DNA of 64,000 nucleotides from Candidatus Latescibacterota bacterium (GCA_965204745.1 OZ242010.1:1472001-1536000), one strand, 5' to 3'; positions 35,981-46,575 are shown, counted from the first letter of the stretch. Numbers and translations are program-made. The notes: generated by a model not told the origin, from the letters alone.

Positions 35981-37843
35981 TTACACCCGTAGCCCCGCGC
36001 AAATCGCCGTTGCGAGTTTGAGGCTCACGCCCTTCACCTGTGCCACATCTTCAACCGTTGCCTCGCGCACGCGCTTGACAGAGCCAAAGTGTTTCAACAA
36101 CGCCTTGCGCCGCGACGGCCCCACCCCGGGAATATCGTCCAACTCCGATGTCAATGTGCGCTTCTGGCGCAACTTGCGGTGATGGGCTATCGCAAACCGA
36201 TGCGACTCATCCCGCAACATCTGCAACAACTTCAGGGACGACGAAGTCTTGGGGATATTCTGCGCGTTGGACAGCCCTGGCAAAAACACCTCCTCCAACC
36301 GCTTTGCCAAGCCGACCACCGGTTGATCCGCAATGCCCAATGCCCGCAATGCCGCAACCGCGCTCGACAGTTGCCCCTTGCCTCCATCGACCAACAGCAA
36401 ATCCGGAAACGGCTTGTTCTCCTCCATCAGCCGCTTGAACCGCCGCGTCACCACCTGCTGCATCATCGCAAAATCATTGGGACCCTCGATGCCCGTAATC
36501 TTAAAATGCCGGTACTCGCGTTTTCGCGCCCTGCCATCGACAAAACACACCAGCGACGCCACCGGGTCCGACCCTTGAATATTTGAAATATCCACCGCCT
36601 CGATCCAGCGCGGTGCCTTCTCTAAATGCAAATCGCGCTGGAGGGCCAGCACCGCGGCAGGTGCCTGTGACCGCCGGTTTTCGCGTTTCAGCCGCCGCTC
36701 GGTCAACAACAGCCGCGCATTGTTCTCGGCCATCTTCATCAGCCGAAACTTATCGCCCCGCTGCGGCAGGCGAATCTCGACCCCGGCCCTTGCCCGCTCG
36801 GAAAGCCAATCGAGCACGGTCTCGCGATCCTCGATATCGCACGGCAAACAGACCTCTTTCGGCACAAATGTGGCGGTCGCGTAAAACAACTGCACAAATG
36901 CCGACACCACCTCTTCTTCAGACGCATCGAGCACCCCGCCGACAAAGTAATTCTGCCGGCCGATCAACCGCCCATCGCGCACCTCCATCACCACCCCGCA
37001 CGCCTCGTCATCTTCCCGCGCTATCGCTATCGCGTCCCAATCCGTCAAATCATTCGACACCACCTTTTGCCGACTCGCCGCCTGTTCCAACGCTCGGATG
37101 CGGTCACGGTAAATCGCGGCCTCCTCGTATTTCAACGCCGCCGCCGCCCGCTTCATCCGCTCATCGAGCACGGTCATCACCTGCCTGTGCCGCCCCGTGA
37201 GAAACAACACGGCTTCATCGATGATCTTTTGATACGCCTCGGCCACAATCAACCCCTCGCACGGCCCGTCGCACCGCTTGATCTCGTAATCGAGACACAC
37301 GCGCACCTTGGCCTTTGGCAAATCGTAGTGGCAACTCCGAATCCGAAACAAGCGGTGCATCGTCTCCAACATGCGCCGCATCGCCTTCACATCCGTATAG
37401 GGCCCCAAATAGCGCGACCCGTCTTTGACCACCTCGCGCGTCACCACGATGCGGGGAAACCGCTCTTTTGTAATGCGGATATAGGGATACTTCTTGTCGT
37501 CCTTCAAGCTGATATTGTAACGCGGTTTGTGGGTCTTGATCAAATTGGATTCCAAAATCAACGCTTCCAACTCCGTATCCGTCACGATGTACTCCAAATC
37601 GCGCACACTGCGAACCAAGGCCCGAAATTGCCGCCGCCCATCATTGGCCTGGGGCCGAAAATACTGTTGCACCCGGCTCCGCAACACCTTGGCCTTGCCG
37701 ATATAAATAATCTGCCCCTCCTCGCCCTTCATGATGTACACCCCAGGCTCTCTGGGCATCAACCCCACAACGCCATCAATACGCTCGCGCATCGCCTTGC
37801 GACTCGCATCCCTACTTTTCGTTCCCTCAGCCAACGGCCTCAT
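35981..37843 (-). CDS. uvrC: Excinuclease ABC subunit C
   Basis: PREPGVYIM, YIGKAKVLRSRV, EALILESNLIK, DISNIQG, LVDGGKGQL, RDESHRFA, HhH tail. Confidence 0.98.
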   Translation of the reverse strand: MRPLAEGTKSRDASRKAMRERIDGVVGLMPREPGVYIMKGEEGQIIYIGKAKVLRSRVQQYFRPQANDGRRQFRALVRSVRDLEYIVTDTELEALILESNLIKTHKPRYNISLKDDKKYPYIRITKERFPRIVVTREVVKDGSRYLGPYTDVKAMRRMLETMHRLFRIRSCHYDLPKAKVRVCLDYEIKRCDGPCEGLIVAEAYQKIIDEAVLFLTGRHRQVMTVLDERMKRAAAALKYEEAAIYRDRIRALEQAASRQKVVSNDLTDWDAIAIAREDDEACGVVMEVRDGRLIGRQNYFVGGVLDASEEEVVSAFVQLFYATATFVPKEVCLPCDIEDRETVLDWLSERARAGVEIRLPQRGDKFRLMKMAENNARLLLTERRLKRENRRSQAPAAVLALQRDLHLEKAPRWIEAVDISNIQGSDPVASLVCFVDGRARKREYRHFKITGIEGPNDFAMMQQVVTRRFKRLMEENKPFPDLLLVDGGKGQLSSAVAALRALGIADQPVVGLAKRLEEVFLPGLSNAQNIPKTSSSLKLLQMLRDESHRFAIAHHRKLRQKRTLTSELDDIPGVGPSRRKALLKHFGSVKRVREATVEDVAQVKGVSLKLATAICAGLRV

Positions 37844-37937
37844 CCTTTCTTTGCGCGAGCACGGGGCATCGCCGAAAAAGGTGAGAGGTGAGAAGGCCAC
37901 CCCTCTCCCCGCTTGCGTCTCGCGTCTTCCCTCTTTC

Positions 37938-38432
37938 CTACAAATCCACAATCTCCACCGCCATCGCATTCAAATCGAGAATGCCCACCGTCTCTCTGCC
38001 CGTCATCCAACCGCCAGCTTCGCCGGGGTTGACCACCAGCGTATCGCCCTCTCGCACATCGATCTCGTGCGTATGCCCGTAGAAAATCACGTCATACGCC
38101 CCACTCTGCGCCAAGGCATCCACCTCATCCGGTTCGTGCAACATCAAAACGCGCTTGCCCTCCCATTCGTGAACATAAGGGGCGCGGTGAATCGGACCCA
38201 GGGCCTCGAAAAACGCCCGCAACCCGAACTTCTCGCCATCATTATTGCCGAAAACCCCGACAAATGGCACGCCCAAATCAGCCATCCAACGCGCATTGAA
38301 CGGCGCGATATAATCGCCCCCATGCAGCACCAACCCCACATCTCGCGCCTGAAACAGGGCAACCGCCTTTTCAATCGCGTGTTTATTATCGTGTGTGTCG
38401 GTCATCAAACCGACGAGATGCGCCTTTGCCAT
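37938..38432 (-). CDS. Metallophosphoesterase (YfcE/MJ0936 family)
   Basis: DTHDN, HGGDY, GNNDGE, YGHTH, NPGE. Confidence 0.92.
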   Translation of the reverse strand: MAKAHLVGLMTDTHDNKHAIEKAVALFQARDVGLVLHGGDYIAPFNARWMADLGVPFVGVFGNNDGEKFGLRAFFEALGPIHRAPYVHEWEGKRVLMLHEPDEVDALAQSGAYDVIFYGHTHEIDVREGDTLVVNPGEAGGWMTGRETVGILDLNAMAVEIVDL

Positions 38433-38574
38433 CGCTTCAAACCCCCGCGTGAGAGACCGCGTCCAGAACCAAATAGTTGGGATAACTTACTTTTCGCGTT
38501 TTCATTTGTCAACATGCAAGCCCATACATTACATTTCCCTAAAAAGGGAAAAAGCAGTATCTTTGGTTTAGGCC

Positions 38575-38690
38575 CCACCCCGCCCAACCCCTTCGGTGAG
38601 AGGTAAGACGGGAGAGGTGAGGCAACCCCGCCCAACCCCCTTCGGTGAGACGTAAGACGGGAGACGGGAGAGGTGAGGCAACCCCGCCAT
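38575..38690. repeat. Tandem duplication of the CCCCGCCCAACCCCTTCGGTGAGA.GTAAGACGGGAGA element upstream of hisG
   Basis: Two copies here; the same element occurs at 49981-50040 and about 29996-30050. Confidence 0.8.
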
Positions 38691-38711
38691 CCATTCGAGG
38701 AGGAATCCCCC

Positions 38712-39590
38712 ATGCCGAAATTAAAAATCGGGCTTCCCTCTGGCAGTCTTCAAGAATCCACACTCAATTTATTTGCCAAAGCCGGTTATCGCATTCGCGC
38801 TAGCCATCGCTCGTACACGCCCGTCATTGACGATCCCGAACTCGAAGGCTTGTTCTTGCGCGCCCAAGAAATCGCCCACTATGTCGAACGCGGCGTGCTC
38901 GACATTGGCTTGACCGGCATCGACTGGATCCGCGAAAACGAAGCCGACGTAGTCGAAATCGCCGACTTTGCGTACAGCAAAACCACGTCCCAACCCGCGC
39001 GCTGGGTCATCGCCGTGCCCGAAAACTCCGGCATCCAAACCGTTCGGGACTTGCAGGGCAAGCGCGTCGCCACCGAACTGGTCACGGCCACGCGCAACTA
39101 CCTCAAAGACCAAGGCATCACTGCCGAAGTCGAATACTCGTGGGGATCTACCGAAGCCAAAGTTCGCGTGCCCGGCCTGGTCGATGCCATTGCCGAAATC
39201 ACCGAAACCGGCTCGTCCTTGCGCGCCAACAAATTGCGCGTTGTCGAAACCATGTTTGAAACCACGCCCCGGCTGATCGCCAACAAACAGACGTGGGCCG
39301 ATGCGTGGAAACGCGAAAAAGCGCGCAACATCGCCACCCTCCTCATCGGCGCGTTCAACGCCGAAGACAAAGTCGGCCTCAAAATGAACGTGCGCCGTGC
39401 GGACCTCGGTCGCATCGTCAAAAACCTGCCCGCGCTCAACAACCCCACGGTCGCCAACTTGCTCGACGAAAACTGGGTCGCCATCGAAGTCATCGTGGAT
39501 GAGCGCGTCGTGCGCGACATCATCCCCAAGCTCAAAAAACTCGGCGCAGAAGGCATCATCGAATACCCCCTCAACAAAGTGATTTACTGA
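38712..39590 (+). CDS. hisG: ATP phosphoribosyltransferase (long form)
   Basis: KIGLPSGSL, LRAQEI, DIGLTGIDW, SWGSTE, AEITETGSSLRAN, GAEGIIEYPLNK. Confidence 0.96.
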   Translation: MPKLKIGLPSGSLQESTLNLFAKAGYRIRASHRSYTPVIDDPELEGLFLRAQEIAHYVERGVLDIGLTGIDWIRENEADVVEIADFAYSKTTSQPARWVIAVPENSGIQTVRDLQGKRVATELVTATRNYLKDQGITAEVEYSWGSTEAKVRVPGLVDAIAEITETGSSLRANKLRVVETMFETTPRLIANKQTWADAWKREKARNIATLLIGAFNAEDKVGLKMNVRRADLGRIVKNLPALNNPTVANLLDENWVAIEVIVDERVVRDIIPKLKKLGAEGIIEYPLNKVIY

Positions 39591-39600
39591 ACGAAACAAA

Positions 39601-39627
39601 CTGGATTCCGACTTTCGTCAGAATGAC
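39601..39627 (-). repeat. dRS3/RPE-like palindrome GTCATTCTGACGAAAGTCGGAATCCAG
   Basis: Hairpin ATTCTGAC/GTCGGAAT; an inverted partial copy CGTCATTCTGAC at about 39666. Confidence 0.55.
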
Positions 39628-39705
39628 AACGGGCGTCACCCCGGCGTTTTCCATGCCCGTTCCACCGTCATTCTGACCGCAACGGAGCACACGAGGTGAA
39701 ACGCC

Positions 39706-42126
39706 ATGCGGAGCAAACTTCCCATCCTCTGCCTCATCCTCTGCCTCATCTTGGGCTGTTCGCTGCGCTTTGTGGGACTGACGCGAGGGGACAGTTCGTT
39801 TGTGCTGAACGCAACCGGCCAATCCGAGGCCAGCAAGGCGTTTTATCATTTTCATCCGGACGAGACCACTGTCATCCAAGCCGCTTTGGGGCCCATCGAT
39901 CCCTTCGCCCCCAAACTCACCGCGTACGGCCTGCTACCCGTCTATCTCTTGCGAGGCGTCCTCGAATTGAATCGGGTCGTCTTCGGGTGGGACTTTGAAA
40001 ACCAGCAATCGCCCGATGGGACGCGCTACATCTACGTCACTGCTCGCGGGCTATCCGCGCTGATTTCCTGCGTCACGCTGTATCTTGTTTGGCTAGTGTG
40101 CGTCCGCTGGTTCGATGAACTGACGGGCCTGTTGGCTGTGTGCGTCGTCGCCGCGGCCCCAATCGCGATCCAACTGGCGCATTTTTACACCGTGGATAGC
40201 GCGTTCACCATGCTGATTCTCGCCAGCATGTACGCCCTGTTGCGTTCACTGGAACGCCCCGGTTGGCGGTGGTTCATCGCGACGGGCCTCCTGATAGGGC
40301 TCGCGGCATCCGTGCGCCTGATGGGCCTATCCGTGGGCCTCGTCTTGCTGGTCGGCTATGTCACGCGCCAGCGGCAACTCAAGGCCATCTTCGCCCCCCC
40401 TATTTATCTAGCAGGGCTGATAGCGGTGGTCGTGTTGCTCGCGCTCCAGCCCTATATCGCGACCAACTGGGACCTGCTTTCTCAGGACGTTTCGGGCATC
40501 TCTTTCGGGTTTGGGATGAAAGTCGCCCGAGGCGAGACCCTCTCCGCTTGGAGTTTGGTGGATGTACACACCACGCCTTACCTCTATCATTGGACCCATC
40601 TGTGGCCTTTGGGCGTAGGTTGGCCCCTGACCCTCCTCTTTCTCTTTGGAGTATCCTACGCACTTTGGAAAGTCGATCATCACAAAGGACTGATTCTGCT
40701 TTGGGCAGGGATTTATTTTTATGTGATTGGCGGTTTGCACACCAAGCCCATTCGGTATCTCCTGCCCCTGTTGCCGTTCTTCGCCCTCCTAACCGCAGCC
40801 TTTTGCGCTTGGCTCGTCCGCGCGCCGCGCTTTGTTTGGGCGCGGAGATTGGGCATCGCCATTTGCAGCGCGGCGTTCATTTACAGCACCGCGTACGGCA
40901 TTGCGTTTGCCGGCCTCTACGCCGAGGAAGACAGCCGCATCCAAGCCGCACGCTGGATAGACGAGCACATTCGGGCCACGAGTCGCATCGGCGTCGAACG
41001 GGGCGGGTTCTCCATGCGCGGCCTGATCGATTCCAAAAAATACGCCGTCCGCATCATCAACACCGGCACCCTCTTTGGCCTGCGCGGATTCATGACCTGC
41101 CAAGCCGAACTCACCTATCTCCTAAGTCAGTTACGCAACCCGGAGTATCTGGTCATCATCGACGCCAATCGCTACAAACAGTTCATCGCGGCACCCGAAC
41201 TCGTTCCGGGCGGCGTGACTTTTTATCACATGTTGATGGCCGGCGAATTGGGATTTGACCTCGTCCAGCGTTTTCGGCACTATCCCACGCTGGGAAGCAT
41301 CGCGTTCAAGGATGATGACAGCGAACCCACATTCACCGGATTTGACCATCCAACGGTCAGGATTTTCAAAAAACGGGATGAGGCGGCCTGGCAACGGGGT
41401 CAGGCACTCCTGCGAGAACGCCTCTCGTCAAACCCGCATTGTGTCGATTCCCTGCTGGCGACAGCCAGTTCCACCCTCCAATCGGGAAATTTTCACCAGA
41501 GTTTGCAAACCACCCGACAGGTCATAGCACAAGTGCCGCAATCCAAGTTGGCCCATCTCATCCAAGCGGAGATATACCGGCAGATGGGGCGCGCAACGCA
41601 CGAAGCCGTAGAACCCTATAACGCAGAGACGAAAAAGAGAAACAATCGGCATTTGATTTCCTGGGCGAGTGGGATGAGTTTATTTGACTTGGGCTTGACC
41701 GACTTGGCCTTGTTCGTCCTCGATTCGGGGACGCGACAAGTCCCCTATTTTTCCAGTGTTGGCGTTGTCAGTATGGCTAGTGCCTACGCCCACCTCGCCA
41801 CCATGATCTACGACCGCGAGCAAAAGGAAGCGGCAGAGAAAGTTTTCACCCTGTCAACCCAAATCCACCCGCTTCCTATGGCTTATTTCAACTTGGCCGT
41901 AATTGCCTTGGACGACGAGGACTACAAACGGGCAGCAACGCACCTCGAACAATCGTTGCAATTAGACGCCAACCAAGCCAACGCGCATGCGATTTTGGGG
42001 AAAATCAGGGCAGCGTTTCTACCCGATCCGGACAAGGCGCGCCATCACCTCAAAAAAGCCATTGAACTCGACCCCAACTTAGAGGCGGATTTGTCCGCGT
42101 GGCAAAAATTGATCCCCAACAAATAG
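39706..42126 (+). CDS. GT-C (ArnT/PMT-like) membrane glycosyltransferase with C-terminal TPR repeats
   Basis: HFHPDE motif, AHFYTVD, RYLLPLLPF, EDSRIQAARWI, multiple TMs; C-terminal AYFNLA..LEQSLQLD..AHAILG..AIELDP TPRs. Confidence 0.82.
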   Translation: MRSKLPILCLILCLILGCSLRFVGLTRGDSSFVLNATGQSEASKAFYHFHPDETTVIQAALGPIDPFAPKLTAYGLLPVYLLRGVLELNRVVFGWDFENQQSPDGTRYIYVTARGLSALISCVTLYLVWLVCVRWFDELTGLLAVCVVAAAPIAIQLAHFYTVDSAFTMLILASMYALLRSLERPGWRWFIATGLLIGLAASVRLMGLSVGLVLLVGYVTRQRQLKAIFAPPIYLAGLIAVVVLLALQPYIATNWDLLSQDVSGISFGFGMKVARGETLSAWSLVDVHTTPYLYHWTHLWPLGVGWPLTLLFLFGVSYALWKVDHHKGLILLWAGIYFYVIGGLHTKPIRYLLPLLPFFALLTAAFCAWLVRAPRFVWARRLGIAICSAAFIYSTAYGIAFAGLYAEEDSRIQAARWIDEHIRATSRIGVERGGFSMRGLIDSKKYAVRIINTGTLFGLRGFMTCQAELTYLLSQLRNPEYLVIIDANRYKQFIAAPELVPGGVTFYHMLMAGELGFDLVQRFRHYPTLGSIAFKDDDSEPTFTGFDHPTVRIFKKRDEAAWQRGQALLRERLSSNPHCVDSLLATASSTLQSGNFHQSLQTTRQVIAQVPQSKLAHLIQAEIYRQMGRATHEAVEPYNAETKKRNNRHLISWASGMSLFDLGLTDLALFVLDSGTRQVPYFSSVGVVSMASAYAHLATMIYDREQKEAAEKVFTLSTQIHPLPMAYFNLAVIALDDEDYKRAATHLEQSLQLDANQANAHAILGKIRAAFLPDPDKARHHLKKAIELDPNLEADLSAWQKLIPNK

Positions 42127-42133
42127 GAATGAC

Positions 42134-43420
42134 ATGATCGACATCATCCAAAACACACGCGACAGCGCGAAACTCGACGCCATTCTCGCGCGTACCCCTG
42201 CTTTTTCGCCCGAGCGAGAAGCCACTGTGCGGGAAATCGTCACCGCGGTCAAAGAACGCGGCGACTGCGCCCTGCTCGCGTACACCAAGAAATTTGACGA
42301 CATCGCCATGGCGGTTGCGGACATGCGCGTGTCCGCAACCGAAATCAAAACCGCGTACGACAACGCCGATCCCAAACTCCTCGAAATCATCGCCGCCGCT
42401 GCTACAAACATCCGCAACTTTCACAACGCACAGCGCCAAAACTCGTGGTTCATCGAAGACGGAGACGGGGTCGTGCTCGGCAAGCGCGTCCTCCCGCTCG
42501 ACCGCGTCGCCCTGCTCATTCCCGGCGCGAGTGCCCCCCTGTTCTCAACCCTGCTCATGGCCGCCATCCCCGCGCAAATCGCCGGCGTTCCGCAACTCTG
42601 CATCGCAACGCCACCCCAGGCAAATGGCGCGGTTCACCCCACTGTACTCGCAACAGCCCACGCCTTGGGGATCCGCGAAATCTACAAAGTCTTTGGCGCG
42701 CAAGCAGTCGCGGCACTCGCCTACGGCACCCAAACCATCCCTCGAGTTGACAAACTCGTCGGCCCGGGCAACCCCTATCTTCAAATCGCCAAAAAACTCG
42801 TCTTCGGCGCTGTTGACATCGACATGGTCGCCGGCCCCAGCGAAATCGTCGTCCTCGCCGACGAAACCGCAAATGCCAAGTACGTCGCCGCGGACCTGCT
42901 CTCACAAGCCGAACACGGCAGCGGCTTTGAAGCCGCGGTCTGCATCACGCCTTGCGAGGCCCTCGCGTCTCAAATCGCCGAGGAAGTCACTGCACAAGCC
43001 GCGGACCTCGCGCACCGCGCCGCCATCAAAACCGCGCTCGACCGCTATGGCGCAATCGTCATCGTCAACGACCTCGCCGAGGGCATAGCCCTCGTCAATC
43101 GCATCGCACCCGAACACCTCGAACTCATCGTCGCGGACCCTTGGGCACTCGTGCAATCCATTCGCCACGCCGGCGCCGTCTTTTTAGGCGCGGCATCATC
43201 CGAACCCGTGGGCGACTACTACGCGGGCACCAACCACATCCTCCCCACGGCCGGCACGGCCCGTTTCGCGTCCTCTGTGGGCGTTGACACCTTCACCAAA
43301 ACCATGAGCATCTTGCAATACACCGAACAACGCCTGCAAAAAACCTCAGGCCACATCATCGCCTTGGCCCAAGCCGAGGGCCTCGACGCCCACGCCAACG
43401 CCATTAGGCAGAGGCTTTGA
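42134..43420 (+). CDS. hisD: Histidinol dehydrogenase
   Basis: GAQAVAALAYGT, VGPGN, IDMVAGPSEI, DLLSQAEHG, APEHLE, GDYYAGTNHILPT, AEGLDAHA. Confidence 0.98.
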   Translation: MIDIIQNTRDSAKLDAILARTPAFSPEREATVREIVTAVKERGDCALLAYTKKFDDIAMAVADMRVSATEIKTAYDNADPKLLEIIAAAATNIRNFHNAQRQNSWFIEDGDGVVLGKRVLPLDRVALLIPGASAPLFSTLLMAAIPAQIAGVPQLCIATPPQANGAVHPTVLATAHALGIREIYKVFGAQAVAALAYGTQTIPRVDKLVGPGNPYLQIAKKLVFGAVDIDMVAGPSEIVVLADETANAKYVAADLLSQAEHGSGFEAAVCITPCEALASQIAEEVTAQAADLAHRAAIKTALDRYGAIVIVNDLAEGIALVNRIAPEHLELIVADPWALVQSIRHAGAVFLGAASSEPVGDYYAGTNHILPTAGTARFASSVGVDTFTKTMSILQYTEQRLQKTSGHIIALAQAEGLDAHANAIRQRL

Positions 43421-43785
43421 GGCGATGGGCAAAACGTCTGAATCGCGGATTAAACGGATTACTCAGATTACGCGGATTACCCCTCACATCCCTACCACCG
43501 CTTTATCGTTCCCATCCGCTATGTCCTTTGTACACCCCGCCGCCATCCGTCTTAGGGATGGGAACGCACAGGTGGCGAGGTGGCGAGGTGAGGAACGCAC
43601 ACGGCGGGGCGGGGGATTGGAGGGGATCGCACTTGGGCGGCTGAAGGGCGGGGTGGAAACTAGGTTGTGTTGACATTTCATTTTTTGACGTTACGCACAG
43701 AGTAGCAACTGTATTGCTTCTTGCTCATTTAAGGCGTTTCCTTTGATGGCTTCTCGCTCTGGTTGCTCTGATGGCGTTGCGCGAG

Positions 43786-43976
43786 GGGACCTATCCCCCG
43801 GCCCCTTTCCTACGAGGAAAGGGGAGTAAAGTTCCTTTGATGGCTTATATCAAGGGTTGCTCTGATGGCGTTGTGCGAAGGCATAAAGCGATTAAAAATC
43901 TCTCATCAATACCCTCGCAAAACCGCTCACAGTTCCCCCCTTCCTCACAGGAAGGGGGGTTAGGGGGGTAGGTCCC
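43786..43976. mobile_element. MITE-like element bounded by ~41-bp inverted hairpin repeats
   Basis: GGGACCTATCCCCCGGCCCCTTTCCTACGAGGAAAGGGGAG (43786-43826) and an inverted counterpart (43934-43976). Confidence 0.6.
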
Positions 43977-44088
43977 GATAAGGAGCGACTGTTTCAGTTT
44001 CTCAAACCGAGAGCATATTCTGCGATAGGGCTTGATTTTCTCGATAAACCGCTCAAGCCAGTTGCTTTGCTCGTAAATGTCAACAGAA
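43977..44088 (-). pseudogene. IS5-family transposase C-terminal remnant
   Basis: Translates as VDIYEQSNWLERFIEKIKPYRRICSRFEKL, matching the Y..R..IE.F..K.K..RR...R.EK signature of IS5 DDE transposases. Confidence 0.65.
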
Positions 44089-44108
44089 CCTAACAACTGA
44101 CAACTGAC

Positions 44109-45176
44109 ATGACCTATCTCCACAACATCAAACCCGAAGTTCGCGCCTTGCGTGGCTATCACCTGACCGCGTTTGATTGCCCCATCAAGCTCAATCAAAA
44201 CGAAAGCCCGTTTGACGTGCCCGACAGGGTGAAAGACGAAATCCTGCGCGCGGTTCGCAACAAATCCTGGTCTCGCTATCCCGAACCCATGCAAATGGAC
44301 CTCGTCCAAGCACTGGCCGATCACGTCGGCGTTGACGCTCGTGGGCTCATCGTTTGCAACGGGTCAAACACCTTGGTGCAACTCGTGGCAGGCGTCGTGT
44401 CTGCGCCCGGCGTCCGCGTGGTCATCCCCTCGCCCTCGTTTTCCCTGTACGGCCTCTACGCTGGGATATTTGGCGGTCGCGTCCTCGAAGTCCCCCTCAC
44501 CCCGAACTACGGCTTTGACCTGCCCGCCCTGTGCCGCGCTGCAAATGAAAAAAACGCACGCCTGATCATCCTGTGCTCGCCCAACAACCCCACGGGCTGC
44601 GCCATCTCAAACCGCGACCTCGACAGGCTCTTGTCCAGCACAGACGCCTTGGTCATGGTCGATGAGGCGTATGGCGAATTTTACGACCAAACCGCCGCGG
44701 ACCTCCTGCCCAACCACGCCAACCTCATCGTGCTCAAAACCCTGTCCAAAGCCTACGGCGCAGCGGGCATTCGCATCGGCTACCTCATCGCCCATCCGGA
44801 CTTGCGAGACGAAATCATCAAAGGCAAAATCCCCTTTGACATCAACGTCTTCTCGCACACAGCGGCCATGGCCATCCTCAACCACAAAGCTCTCATCGCC
44901 AAACGCATTGCATTTATCTGCGCCGAACGCGAGCGCGTCTTCCAAGCCCTCGCGCAACGAGACGGGGTTACGCCCTATCCCTCGCACGCCAACCTCATTC
45001 TCTTTGAAGTCGCCCACCCAGACGCGGTATTCGCCGGCTTAATCGAGCGCGGCGTGCTCATCCGCAACGTCACATCCTACCCCATGCTCGGCAAGGCCCT
45101 GCGCGTGTCTATCGGCACAGCAGAAGAAAACAACCGCTTTTTGGACGCGCTCGGCCGCACACTCAAAAAGGTCTAA
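44109..45176 (+). CDS. hisC: Histidinol-phosphate aminotransferase
   Basis: KLNQNESP, SRYPE, CSPNNPTG, VDEAYGEF, KTLSKAYGAAGIRIGY, RVSIGT. Confidence 0.95.
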   Translation: MTYLHNIKPEVRALRGYHLTAFDCPIKLNQNESPFDVPDRVKDEILRAVRNKSWSRYPEPMQMDLVQALADHVGVDARGLIVCNGSNTLVQLVAGVVSAPGVRVVIPSPSFSLYGLYAGIFGGRVLEVPLTPNYGFDLPALCRAANEKNARLIILCSPNNPTGCAISNRDLDRLLSSTDALVMVDEAYGEFYDQTAADLLPNHANLIVLKTLSKAYGAAGIRIGYLIAHPDLRDEIIKGKIPFDINVFSHTAAMAILNHKALIAKRIAFICAERERVFQALAQRDGVTPYPSHANLILFEVAHPDAVFAGLIERGVLIRNVTSYPMLGKALRVSIGTAEENNRFLDALGRTLKKV

Positions 45177-45177
45177 C

Positions 45178-46575
45178 ATGCCCAAACCAACAGACGTAAA
45201 GATCAAATCCGCCACCGTCTATTTCCTCCCGGTACAAACGCGCATGCCCTACCGGTTTGGCAGCGAACAACTCGACAGCGTCACCTGCGTCAGGGTGCGC
45301 GTGGATGTGGAAGACCGGCGCGGGAACGCGGCATCGGGCTGGGGCGAAACCCCTCTCAGCGCGCCCTGGGCCTGGCCTGCCGCACACCTCACCTACGCCA
45401 TTCGGGAAAGGGCCATGAAGGACTTCTGCCTCAAAATCGCCCGCGCTTGGGCAGACATCGACCACATCGGCCATCCCATCGAAATCGGCCACGCTTTCCA
45501 AGCGGCGGTTCTCCCAAACCTCTTGCGCGACTTCAACGCCGAACAGCGCGCAGGAGACATGCCCCGCTTGGCCGCACTCGTCTGCGCCTCGGCCTTTGAC
45601 CTCGCGCTCCACGACGCCTACGGCATGTGCCACGACATCGACATCTACGACGCGTATAACGCGGCCTTCATGAACGCCGATCTTTCGCACTATCTCGAAC
45701 CCGCGGACGACATAACTGCCGAGTTTCGCGGTCGCTATCCCACAGACTACCTCGTCCACCCGCGTCCAACCCGCTTGCCCGCCTGGCACGCGGTAGGTGG
45801 CAATGACCTGCTCGACGATTCCGAACGCACCGGCGACGAACCCGACGACGGCTATCCCGTCGTCCTACCCGACTGGATTCGCCGAGACGGGATCACCTGC
45901 CTCAAACTCAAACTCACCGGGCAAGAACCCGGCTGGGATTACGACCGCATCGTTCGCGTTGGGCAAATCGCTATCGCGCACAATGCCCTGTGGCTGTGTA
46001 CGGATTTCAACTGCACGGTGCGAGAAGTCGATTACGTCATCGACATCCTCGACCACCTCATGCTCGAACACCCGCGCATCTTTCAGATGATCCTCTACGT
46101 CGAGCAACCCTTTGATTACGAACTGGCCGACAATCCCCTGCCGGTCCACAGCATCTCGGCGCGCAAACCCCTGTTCATGGACGAAAGCGCGCACGATTGG
46201 CGCGTTGTGCGACTCGGCAGGCAACTCGGTTGGACTGGCGTCGCGCTCAAAACCTGCAAAACCCAAACCGGCGCCCTGCTCTCGCTCTGTTGGGCGCGCG
46301 CACACGGCATGACCCTCATGGTGCAAGACCTCACCAATCCCATGCTCGCCCAAATCCCCCACGCCCTCCTCACCGCGCACGCAGGCACGGTGATGGGCTT
46401 TGAAACCAATGCCATGCAATTTTACCCGGATGCCTCTCTGCCCGAAGCCGCGGTACACCCCGGCCTGTATCGCAGGCGCGACGGTCAGATCGACCTCGCC
46501 ACAGTGGAAGGCCCCGGTTTTGGCTACAAACGCGACCTGATCGACCGCACGCTCCCCGAACCCGCCGGCACTTAG
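45178..46575 (+). CDS. Enolase-superfamily (mandelate racemase/muconate lactonizing-like) protein
   Basis: GWGETPL, LKLKL, DFNC, YVEQP, FMDESAHD, ALKTCK. Confidence 0.8.
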   Translation: MPKPTDVKIKSATVYFLPVQTRMPYRFGSEQLDSVTCVRVRVDVEDRRGNAASGWGETPLSAPWAWPAAHLTYAIRERAMKDFCLKIARAWADIDHIGHPIEIGHAFQAAVLPNLLRDFNAEQRAGDMPRLAALVCASAFDLALHDAYGMCHDIDIYDAYNAAFMNADLSHYLEPADDITAEFRGRYPTDYLVHPRPTRLPAWHAVGGNDLLDDSERTGDEPDDGYPVVLPDWIRRDGITCLKLKLTGQEPGWDYDRIVRVGQIAIAHNALWLCTDFNCTVREVDYVIDILDHLMLEHPRIFQMILYVEQPFDYELADNPLPVHSISARKPLFMDESAHDWRVVRLGRQLGWTGVALKTCKTQTGALLSLCWARAHGMTLMVQDLTNPMLAQIPHALLTAHAGTVMGFETNAMQFYPDASLPEAAVHPGLYRRRDGQIDLATVEGPGFGYKRDLIDRTLPEPAGT

